NCBI GenBank assembly: GCA_054600435.1
Contig: BAAIJX010000027.1
Location: 62,001 to 126,000, forward strand
Direction: 5' to 3'
DNA length: 64,000 bases
From: Neophaeotheca triangularis
Lineage: Eukaryota
Numbering within the stretch: position 1 is the stretch's first letter; the number at the start of each line of letters is the position of its first letter. Shown piece by piece: positions 24,353-35,343 of the stretch. The notes under the pieces were generated by a model. The model did not search any database, was not told where the DNA came from, and saw only the letters and a program-made list of their open reading frames with translations. The position numbers were made by a program, and so were the translations under genes.

Positions 24353-25471
24353 CCCAATTCGTAAGCGCCTATGCCGTGATGGATTCGCGTGACACTTAAT
24401 ACTCCTGCGGTCGAGCGAGAGGACCGGCCGGTGCAGGATGTGAGTGAGGTAGATGGTAAGTATGTACGGCGGATGAGAGAAGGCGGGGAAACATGGTCGA
24501 GGATAGTAGTAGGAGGTAGTATGTATGGATGCCAACTACCTACGTCCACTGGTAGCCATGACTAAGTCAGTACCTAAGAACGAATCGAGAGATTTTCGTC
24601 GAGGCTAGGAAACGGCCTTTACCGCCGGTTGCGCTACCTATACAAGTTTTTAGTAGATGGTTACTACCCACGACGACTTTTCACTTCCCTAGACCTAGCG
24701 CAGCACGTGCGGTTGGCAGCCGTTGCGTCCTGAGCTTGTTGTCTACGCAATACACTAGCCAGCAATAATGTCCGCTACATACTCCCGTCCGTCGACTCAG
24801 GTACGCTTTTAGGCTTGCCTCGAAAAAGCGCGCTATGCCTTCAGCCATGCAGCATGCTGTTCTCGGGTTCAATCCACTTGCTGCTCTTCGGAGTTTACCA
24901 CTTAGCGCTACGGGCACGTGGCTACTTCCGTGCAAGCTGCGTCCGCGTGGTAAGGTTTGCGGTTTCTACTTTTTCCCTCTTTGGGGGTTGGTGGTGGCGA
25001 TAGGCGAAGGCCGCGCAGTCACACAAGCCACGCTCTCAACTTGGGAAGATGCACAGCGGGAAGCAAAAGACTTTTTCTTTTTTGGCCGTGTTGATGCAAG
25101 GTATGGATGGACGCTAAAAGATGCACAAAGTAGCTACGGCTCTCTCCAGGTGGGTGGAGACACGGCGAAACGATCGCGAGCTAGTGGCCTGAGAACCTGG
25201 TCGCTGATCTTCGATCTGTGGAGGCCTGGAGTAATTGTTGTTGACCATGCTACGAAGCCGTTTTCGGTCGCCGACCAACATCACTAGCACCGTTAAGGTA
25301 GCCTAACATACGGCGAATGAAAGCGTGCTACTCCAACAGCCAACGAGCGACCAAATGAGCCGGTTCCTTGTATAATCACCCCTCCGCAACAACGGTCAGA
25401 CTTGTCAGGCTGCCCGGTCAACGCGAGCGCACCATCTCCCCAATCATTCTTCGTACCCTGCAATACCCGCT

Positions 25472-28400
25472 TTACTCCACCATCGTGCTCATGTCCAGCA
25501 CATCCTTCAGCAAATCGTCCCTGCTCGCGGTCAAGTCAAGAGCTTCCATGTTGTACACACTCTCGTAAGCGTGCAAGCTCAACTGGCTCAAAAACGGTCG
25601 CAGCACCATTCTAGCAAAATCCTCCCTAGCCATGACCTTGGCGTCACGCGCATCGACCAGCATGTTGCTGCTGAGTGGCGCTTTGCTCGCAGTGGAATCC
25701 GAGGTCGGCGTGGGCTGCGGGAGTACAGTTGTGCTCTCGTCCAGGTCTGCGATGCCCAGCTCTTCTGACACGTGGTCGGCGAGCGCCATCGGCTGCCATT
25801 GTGTCGGTTGGTAGACGGCGTCGATGGTGTCAGTGATGTAGAGCCATTCGTGTAGCTGGAACTCTTCAGGGGACAGTCCTATCAGCAAGTCCAGTAGCTT
25901 GCATGCTTGTAGAAGTGACAAATTGGTGTACGCGTTGTCTTTTGCCGATGAGCGAGGGAGCAGAGAAGTAAGTGCGGATTGTAGGGTGTCGTTAATGATG
26001 GGCCATAGCGGTGCTAGATGGACGGCGCTGACGGACATGACCAGTGCCCTGCAGGCCATGAACAGCTCAGCTTTGATGGCCGATGAAGGCGAAGAGGAAG
26101 CAGTGGCACTGAGAAGCTCCCCTAGTTTCTCTTCAAAGATCGGCATGTGAGCAGCATGCACATCCTCAGGAGTCGAGAGCAAGAGAATGCATGCTCGGCG
26201 GAGTGCAGCCTGCGACTTCCGGTCGGCTTCTAGCCTCGCCGCGCTTGCTCCTACACCGAACATGATGCCGGCACTCGAAGGCGGCGTCAATCTTGACAGA
26301 ATCTCAGGCATGCGTTCTCTGTCGTTAAGGCACCACTGCCTTAGGACAGGAAACCATGAGCTGTTGATGACAGAGAGCGGCGAGTGAAGAAATCTCGGGT
26401 CATTGAAAGCCTCTAGCACGTCTTTTTTCCACGGTTTCGCTGCTGGAGCCTTTTTCGATAGTTGCAGCAAGACCTCCAGGACCTGGGTGTTAACGTTCGA
26501 TGGAAAAGCCTTGGAGTGGAAGAGCGGCGTGATGAGACTTGTTGTAATGCTATTCACAAGCGCGTTTGTCTTGTCCTGAGATTCGGTCACAGTTTCAAGG
26601 TTTGCTATGAGATGGCAGAGCACTGGTGCCAGCTGCAGGCGTTGCTTCACCCCAGCTGAGTCGGACTTGAGCAGAGAAGATTGCTTAGAATCGTTGAAAG
26701 TGCCATCTGACAGCGACGAAGGAGGCAACGTTGCAAGTGTAGCGCTCATCAAACGTTGGAATGTGTCCTGCTAATGTCAGCTTGGAGGGTTTATCGTGTC
26801 TCAAGATGCAACCTACCGCGATTTCCCTACGCATCTTGCGTTGCTCCCCAAAGTTCGTCTTTTCCAGTTTCTCCGCGAGCAGTAAAACGGTCCACAGCAG
26901 TGTAGGCAGTACGGAACGGAACGGGAGGGCATCTTTGGAAGCCGTGCGTAAGAATGCCAAGCAGTCGCTCCAGATCTCGTCCAGGGCGTCGTTTTCTAGA
27001 GTCTCGAGGTACGTGGCTAGGAAGATTGCAATGTCGGCAGCCGATGCATCACAAGTCAGGCTAGATCGTCTGTCCGCATCAAGTTCCGAGGCGTTGGTCC
27101 GACTGCAGAGAGCATCGAAGATGGCGGGCACAGAGCTCCTGGGTACGGTGCAATTCATGACGTGGAGAAGGCTCAGCGAAGTGGCCGCCTCGTTAGGCTC
27201 AGTGGTTGTACACCAAGCGTCGATCAATACCTCCATGCTCTCCAGCGGTTCAACGGCGAAGATCTGGTCAAGCAAACGCTTGGCTCGGTTGCGCAGCTTC
27301 AGGGCATTGTGGACAGTCGTGGCTGAGCTGGTGTGGTCTTCATCGCTGTGCTCTGCGTGACGGCTTGCCCATGACCACATGGTGAGGCAGATGCGCACAG
27401 CATCTTGGAAAGCCAGTATGACGGTCAATCGGGTGTTCGCCTTTGCCGTCTTACTAGGTGGCGCTTCTGCCTTGAACATATTCTGCGCCATTGGCGGTTG
27501 AGTTCTTTTGTTCAAGTCAGGCCTTGGCGGACGCTCGAGTGCCACCTCTTCCAGCATGCATTCGTGCGCCCGTGCTAAGACCATATCCAAAGCCTCAATC
27601 AAACTTATGATTGTTGTCTCTGGGGCCGTAGCAGTATCAATGGCATCAGCCCTGGACACGTCCGTGATCTCTTTGAAGCACCGCTCGAGCGCATTGCAGA
27701 AGCAGGAGACGAGAGGTAGGAGAGTGGAGAAAATGGCATCCGCAAAGATAGGTAGGACGTCTCGCAAAAATAAAAGCCAGTGATCAAGGTGAAAGCGTGC
27801 CGATGTAGCCGTGAAGCCAGCTTGAATGCATTGCAGCAATTTTGGAGGTGGAACGAAAGCGGGCACAGATGGCGAAGGTGGCTCTCCATTGTGAGGTGCA
27901 GGGCTTCTAGTGCCTATCGACGATCTCGGCGGTTCTCGCGGGGTTGGTGGTGCCCTGAAAGCTATCCCAGAAAGACGTACTTTCAGAGCAAGGGAAAGTG
28001 CCTTTAACAGCGATCCTTGCAGGGAGGCGTTGGGTGCATCGAGCACGTCCATTGTTGTATCCATCAAGACAATCTCGGTCTCTAGGGCTTTCAGGTGACT
28101 AGCCATTGGACCTTCTAACAGAAGACGTAGAATCGAGATGGCCGTCCTATTCAGATCTCTCTGATCGTCGGTAGCGGAATTAGCTCGCTTGATGAGCTCT
28201 ACGCAGGCAGTTCCAAGCATCATCAACGCACTCCCAGCCTCAATCTCCGAAGACGCAAGGTTAGTTTCCTGTAGTCGATGCCAGACAAAGCCATTGGCCC
28301 TTTCCAGAATGGCGTAGATGTGTTTCAGACTGCACTGCAGTTCCCGTTGCTCGGTTTTGCTGCGTCGCTTTTCTCGACGGTCATCCCGTCCTCGGTGATG

Positions 28401-31177
28401 GTTTCCACGAGCCACTATCGTGGAGATGTTGTAGATTAGCATGCCCAGCACACGGCCCAAGCTCGGCAAACGTCCCAGCCATGCCGCAACAATGTCAGCA
28501 GCTCTCTTGTTTTCAGCTTCCAAAAGGTCTAGCATGAGGAAGAGCGGCCCGGAAAGCACCTCCATATGGCGGTGCTCGTCTTTTGCCTCGAGCTTGGGCA
28601 TGGCACTCCCTCTCCGGGTCTTCCCGCTGTTTGCTGCGGATTCATCGGGAACGATAGTGTGCTCCCAGAGCGTCATAAAGCAGCGGACACGATCGGTCGT
28701 GATGCCATCAACCACGGCGGCATCTACTTGTGCTGTCCTCACCAAGGAGGCAAGTGAAGCTGCTGTACCTCCATTGTCGGCTGATAGTTGATCTAGCTGC
28801 CAGAACAGCCTCACCGCTTCAACATGATGCTTGGGCCGTGTTGGGGAAAGGCGCTCCCAGACTTGGACAGTGAGTATCGGCGCGAGCTCAAACATCTTAT
28901 CTTTGTTGGCGCCTTTGCGTGAAGTAACATTGGAGACAAGTCGAACGGTTCCCGCCAATGTCTCAAATGGCATCAGCTTGTGTGGTGGCCATGCGCTCTT
29001 GACAGCGGTTATCATGCCATCAAGGAGTCTCGACCCCGGTAAAACTTGGGCGTCTACCTTCGAGGAGTACACGAGTAGGAGTGAAGCAATCTCCGAAAAC
29101 AGTCTCTGCGTGCTACTTGTCAAAGATTGTAGCGCAGCGTCCGTGATAAGCTCGGCGAGGAGCCGTGCTTTTTGTACAGCTTCGAGAGCCTCCACTTTGT
29201 TCGCTTGACCGTCTGTTAGATAGAACCCGGATAGCCTCGTCAGTGTATCGTTGGCTGTAGCATATTCCTCAGGGGCGGCGTCGTGCTCCGCACGTTTAGT
29301 CTCGAGTGCACGCGAAGGAATCAGATTGATCAGGCTACGGATCGTCGTTATGATGCGAGCAACGACGAGCGATGAGTAGAGGTCCTTCTCGAAATTTGCG
29401 AGGTTGCAGGTGAGATACAATGCAAAGTTCGGGACGTGGACATCCAGCATCTCATTGTCGCTTATGTTGAACTTGGCGATAACCCAGGACAGAAAACCTA
29501 GTGCGTTGTCGAGCTCCTGTACTGCCTCCCGGCCTTTGCTAAGTGGCGAGTGCAACGCTTCAAACAACTTAGCCCAAATGAGATGTGCTTCTACCCCATC
29601 AAAGAAAAGGCTTGCACTTCTTAAGACCTCAACGCTGTCATTCTCGGACGACCGCTGGCAATAGCTATGGGCACATTGCAAAGCAGGCAGCAGTATGTCC
29701 GGTATAACAGAGCCGCCAATCTCCCATCGGTCCATGAGTGAAAGTGATATGCGGAACGGCCTTGCCACATCCGCAGGCATGAAATTGTCTCGAGCAAACA
29801 TTGCCAGAATACTGCGCTTGAGAGAGGATTTACCGTAATTAGAGAAGTATTCCAAACGCCCGAAATGTGCTTGGTGTTTGTTCGCCTGGCTTTGATCGCC
29901 CTCGGCGTCTTGAGCGGGTTCAGGACCCAAGAACCAAGCCCATAATCTCCGGTTGAGTCCCATGTCTCGTCTCAACAGTATTTGGAGAGCAGCTGCCACC
30001 AAACGGTCCAGGTCGTCCGTCTGGACAATGCCTTGAAGTGCTGGGGAGTCAAGCGGCAGATTGTTCACCAGAAGGTCAAGGAAGCCCCTCTGTATCAGTG
30101 TTTGTGGGTCAGATAATCCACAAGCGAAGCATCTGATCAGCAGTCCGGGCTCCGGCTCGAGGACATGCCTTGCTTCCGGGGCCAGAGCGTCTGCGTAGCT
30201 CTGCAAATCTACACCGTTCGTCCCTCCATGCTCGTGTTGTCGTTTGAAGTTAGGCAGAGTCCGCACAAGATAGTTGAGCGCACCTTGGCGGCGTGTAACG
30301 CTAGTGATTGTGGCGAGAAAAACGCACTGCCAGAACCGGCCTTTCAGTTCCGCCGCTTCGGCATTGCTAATATCCCGACCAAAAATGGAGCGAAGCTTCT
30401 CCAATAATCTATAGGCTCGCTCGAAATCTTCACTCGTCTCGTCTTCGAGAGCAGGGAGGATACTGAGTACCAACGACTTCAGTGCCGGGCGTAGGTCTTC
30501 CGCTTGTAGTTCTGTGACGTAGTCCTCCAGTAAATGGTAGAACCCCGGGCGGACCGAAAGAGAAGCGAATGACAATACGGTGGAGAGGCCTGGCAGAAAC
30601 TCGTGTAGATGCGTCGTAAGGCGTGCGGTCTAAGCAATCAATATTAGCAGCTGGGAGTCGAGAGCTCTAATCTCTCAAAGGCGTGACGCACTCCTAACAG
30701 CTCGAAGATGTGCGCATACACTTCGAGCGCTTTCTGATGAACACCCGAAGGAAGCGAGGGGTTCAAGCATTGCGCCAAGCGCGATGCTACACCTGGACTG
30801 CAGGGCAGTATCGAGATATCTTTGGGATGGTTTTGGAGAGCCTACATGGGGACGATCTGATCAGCATCCGTCTACAGAGTCTGCAGCGGCGGGTCTACCT
30901 TCAGCAATCTACCCAAGAAAGCAATGTAGTCAGCCCATTCCTGGGGATTGGTCTCCCAGGAAGCCAGAGCTCGCTCGATCCCAAGTGCATAGCGTTTTGT
31001 TTGTTTGTCCGGTCTCACGGAAGCTGTACATGTCAGATTCCTTTCCCATATTCCGTCTTTGAGCTAGACCTACATACCATCCTCGACTATTCTACGCGAG
31101 GCACGTGGCACGGGTGAAGACCGCCCTGAGCTCGCAGGTGATACGGACCTTGGGCCGGTCAGCGGATCGAGCGACAT
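25472..31177 (-). CDS. DOP1: Dopey/DopA family protein, about 5 exons
   Basis: Spliced N-terminus MSLDPLTGPRSVSPASSGRSSP...QEWADYIAFLGRLLK|ALQ...LAQCLNPSLPSGVHQKALEVY, then ILLRRDMGLNRRLWAW and C-terminal LLQACKLLD and EFQLHEWLYITDTIDAVY. Introns at 31024-31077 and near 30.84-30.90, 30.63-30.69 and 26.77-26.82 kb. Confidence 0.93.
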
Positions 31178-31515
31178 GTTGCTTTGCAACAGCCAGTGTC
31201 ATCACGATTGGCGTATGTACCGTGTTGAAGGATACAATCCAAGTCTGACTTTGTCGACTCTTGATTTCAGGAGGCAGGCTGTTCCCCTGACATTGGAGTG
31301 AAGTTGCTGGCACGTGTCGTGTCCCATCCCATCGTTCCTTGCTCCAATTATGTAAGCAGCGCGGCGCAGCGCGGTATCACGTGGAAGGCGAGATTAGCGG
31401 GATCGTTACTTCAACAGCATCAAACCAAACACCCATCACCCTGACGCTCTTAGAGGACGTCTGCCGCCATCGGGGTACTTGTTTTGCAGACATCGATGCT
31501 TGTGCTTCCGCGTTA

Positions 31516-33483
31516 ATGTCAGGCGACGGCAGCGGACCGGGCAGTGACGGTGCTGGCACCGCACAGTCGCCACAGCCAGGCCGCTCGACCAACGACGCGA
31601 ATACTGAAGAAACCGACGACACGTGCCTCCAAGGACACCAACACAGGCTCAGCAACAAGATTGCGACATCATCGGCTCAAGAGCCACTACCACCGCTTCC
31701 GCCACGACAGACCAATCTAGACCTGCTAGATGATCGGGCGCAAAACTCTGGGGGCTCACTCAAATTACCAAAGCGAGCCTCTCGCCCCCAACTTCTCTCA
31801 AAAGCCACTACCGCACTGTCACTGGCGGACGTTCATACGCAAAGTCGGGGCGACAATAGCCGAACCATCTCGTCCCCAGTGAGTAAGGCGGCATCGAGGA
31901 AACAAAGCTATTCGCATTTTGCTCGCTTTGGCAGCGAGGGGGAAGATTCGGCAAGCATTAAAAGTTATGCTCCAACCTTGGAAGTTGGTCTCGAGACCGA
32001 GAGCCTCCTTGGAGATATTGACCCGAAAGATGCCGGTCCAGCCTGGAAGTCGTTGAGCGCCCAGTACGAGAAGGACAATCCATTTGAGCAGGTTGCCACG
32101 ATCGAAGACGATATCTTCAGTCTGAAAGTGCGCCACGAGTTCGACGAGCTTGAAGACTACGACCTTGACAGCACGAATGAAGAAGCCCTTGTCAGCGATT
32201 GGAAAGCAAAGCTCAAGCACTTCTTCATTTTGTCTGGGTCTGGCAAGCCAATCTACAGCAGACATGGAAACGACCAGATGATTAGCAATTACATTGGTAT
32301 AGTCCAAACACTCATATCCTTCTATCAAGGTGCTGAAGACAAGCTCGAGGGCTTCATGGCCGGAGACACGCGTTTCGTTGTCCTCCAAAAAGGCCCTTTG
32401 AATCTAGTGGCAATCAGTCGGCTCGGCGAGAGTGATGCTCAGCTCAGAGTCCAATTAGAGTCTATGTATATGCAGATTCTATCGACGTTGACCCTCCCTA
32501 GCCTGGAGCGGATGTTTTCCAATCGGCCTTCCACAGACCTTCGGCGGCCTTTACAGGGAACCGACGTCCTACTCGATGGCCTGGCCGACGGTTTCACACG
32601 AGGCTCACCATCTACATTGCTGTCGGCTTTAGAGTGCTTGCGACTGCGTAAAACTCACCGCATGATCATCAACGATACCCTGCTAAAGGTCAAATCGCCT
32701 GACCTTCTATACGGACTGGTGCTAGCAGCAGGCCGTCTCGTCAGCGTGGTGCGGCCGAAGAAACACTCCCTTCACCCAGGAGACTTGCACCTGATCTTCA
32801 ACATGCTCTTCGAAGCCGGCAGCGTCAAAGCCGGTGGCGGGGAGAACTGGATACCACTATGCCTACCCGGTTTTAACAATACCGGCTTCCTGTACATGTA
32901 CGTCAGCTTCTTTTCCGCACACGAAGCCCCGGGTGGCGAGGCCGAAGAACGCCCCAATTCTGCCGGTAATAGAGACGAAGAGCTCGCCATTGTCCTCATC
33001 AGCGCGAACAAGGAAGGTTTTTACGACTTACGCAAGATGCGCAACGACTTGGTTCAACAGATGAGCAAAAACGGTAGCATGATCGCCATCAAAAACGCCG
33101 TCCGCAAAGGCTACGCCTCTTGTAACGATGTCGTCCCTGGCACTGTTCTCTGCCACTTCTTGTACAAATCACGAGGCAATGTGCAATTCACGATGCCGTC
33201 GTTTGAACCTCATTTCCAAGGCTTAGTCGCAAGGCGCAAGCTCATGTCCTTGTACCACAATCTGCACGAGAGCATACATTCGCGGACCTCACACCTCAAG
33301 GTCCACCATACTGTTGCGAAAGACGCTACGGCGCTCGCATGGGAGACGCCGCTGTTTGAGCTATACTGCGTGGCCGGTCCGCAAGCCGATCGGGCTGCTT
33401 TGGCGCAAGGGGCCAATCGGGTCGTGCAGTGGATTAGGAGGGAGGAAGAGCGGGTTTTCATCATTGGAGGCGCTGTTTTCTGA
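31516..33483 (+). CDS. MON1: Vacuolar fusion protein Mon1 (longin domains)
   Basis: KHFFILSGSGKPIYSRHG, DLRRPLQGT, SLHPGDLHLIFNM, WIPLCLPGFN and the C-terminus EEERVFIIGGAVF. Confidence 0.95.
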   Translation: MSGDGSGPGSDGAGTAQSPQPGRSTNDANTEETDDTCLQGHQHRLSNKIATSSAQEPLPPLPPRQTNLDLLDDRAQNSGGSLKLPKRASRPQLLSKATTALSLADVHTQSRGDNSRTISSPVSKAASRKQSYSHFARFGSEGEDSASIKSYAPTLEVGLETESLLGDIDPKDAGPAWKSLSAQYEKDNPFEQVATIEDDIFSLKVRHEFDELEDYDLDSTNEEALVSDWKAKLKHFFILSGSGKPIYSRHGNDQMISNYIGIVQTLISFYQGAEDKLEGFMAGDTRFVVLQKGPLNLVAISRLGESDAQLRVQLESMYMQILSTLTLPSLERMFSNRPSTDLRRPLQGTDVLLDGLADGFTRGSPSTLLSALECLRLRKTHRMIINDTLLKVKSPDLLYGLVLAAGRLVSVVRPKKHSLHPGDLHLIFNMLFEAGSVKAGGGENWIPLCLPGFNNTGFLYMYVSFFSAHEAPGGEAEERPNSAGNRDEELAIVLISANKEGFYDLRKMRNDLVQQMSKNGSMIAIKNAVRKGYASCNDVVPGTVLCHFLYKSRGNVQFTMPSFEPHFQGLVARRKLMSLYHNLHESIHSRTSHLKVHHTVAKDATALAWETPLFELYCVAGPQADRAALAQGANRVVQWIRREEERVFIIGGAVF

Positions 33484-35343
33484 GCACATATACCCCGTAT
33501 TCATCTTCATGGTAACATCCAAACAGCCAGCCAGACTACTAGCCGGCTAGCTATCGTTCTTCAAGACAACCGACTGTATGAAGCATCAGAACTTGAGGTA
33601 TGAGCACAAGACAACGACCCAGCAAGCTATGACAATAATTTTTAACGCCTCTACTCAACGCCAGGCAAGTACCAACATCTTTCTTCCCTCGTAATTACGC
33701 AGAATCGACTCACAGGTTGATCGGGTGGAAATGAAAATTACATAGCACCCCAACTCTTACCCTGTCCAAATGCGGCAAGAAACCACTAGCGCAGCCAGTT
33801 CAAGTCAGATATGCTACGATAAAGAGGCATCCAGTCTAACACGCTAGGAGAGATATGCAATCGCCGAACTGCCTCGATGTTCCAGAAGAATCAGGAGACA
33901 AGATTGGTTAATACAGCTGGGCTCCTCAGTGAACCCAAGAGACCATGTCCGCCGCAAAATTCGAGGAAGAACCAAACGAGTGCGACCTGAAAGTGCCGTG
34001 AGCGAACGTGAGAGCGCTTGCTCTGATCTTTTTCGAGAAGCCGAGTCTACTCGCCAGGTCTTTGAGGCTTTTCAGTTCGGCAAGACCGCAGCTCTCGAGC
34101 GCTTTCAGGTAACGTGCCCCATTCACGTCGCCCACAGGAGGCTCGAGGAGAATTCGAGTGTCATTTGCCGGGACGGCACTCGCCGTCACTTCTCGCTTGG
34201 GCCCATCTTCAACTTGGCGGCTCAAGGGATGAGCTCGAACAGCAAAGTGAGTGCACCTATGTCCCTTTGAAGTCGAAGGCTGAGCTCAATAAAAGCTGGC
34301 TACAACTCTTTGTGGTCCTGATGCGCCGAGAACGGACGCAAAGGCTCTCGATCCGGTTCAGATTGGGAAATCAGCAGCACTCGGGCGGGATCTGAAGGTG
34401 ACATGAATAGCTAGGCGAAAACGCCCGTACCGACCGCAAGCGAGGATGGAAAGGGGGTTTGCGAGATGGCCACGAGACTACGGTTGCTCTGAGACGCCGG
34501 AAGGGAGCTAGAGTGGTGCTGGATGCGATGGCCCTGCTAACCTCTGGCATAATTAGAGCCCGGTCACTCAAAGGTAACGTAGTCACGTGAAGCACAGCGT
34601 TATCATCTCGCGAAGTCAACCAGCCAGGACAGCTTACCGCCCTTTCCGCTGCGTTGGCGCCGAGAGCGATCCAAAAGAAACCAAACCAAAAGTGATCAGC
34701 CTATTTACCCACAGAAAGCGCAAACTCACAGAGAAGACTGAAACACAAACGGTATGCGAACAATTCATACACGTACTGCTAACCCCCCACTGCCGCCACA
34801 ACCACAGCCTCCACCCCCACCGCCTCCCTCCCAGCGCACCTTCATTCGGCCAACAGCACACCCCTCACCCCCTTCGCCCCTTCTTAACAACCTCACCCAC
34901 CCTGTCCTCATCCCTCTTCCTCTTCTCCTCCCTCCCTTCCCCGCCCGAGCCGGACTCCGAACTACTCCCACTACCCCCACCATGCTCCAGCCCAGGCACC
35001 TCCCCCTCACTCGGCACAATGACCTGACGCCTGAAAGATGGCGGCGGAGGGGGAGAAGGGTCACGAGCAGCGACCGCGAACAAGAAAGCCATTTCAGCAG
35101 GGGTGGGGCCGAATCTGCTGTGGCGCTTGCGAGGAGGGGCGGAAACAGGGGCGGTGGGGGCAGAGGGCACGGCGGGAGGCAGTAGCTCCGGCCGCGATCG
35201 GAAATATGCTTGCGCTTGCTGTAGGAGCAAGGACTGGTGGGAAAGTTGGGTCTAAGAGATAGGAACATGTTTATTAGTACTGGGTTCGACATTGGTTATC
35301 GGTAGTAATAGCGGATGGGAGGGAGATAGCGAGCGAGCTAGTG

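Noticed and set aside
16000..25400. Telomerase RNA in the long intergenic regions
   Set aside because: No TAACCCTAA-type template found on either strand.
31177..31516. DOP1-MON1 divergent pair as a protein-complex gene cluster
   Set aside because: The established Dop1 partner is Mon2, not Mon1; the shared trafficking role is too general.
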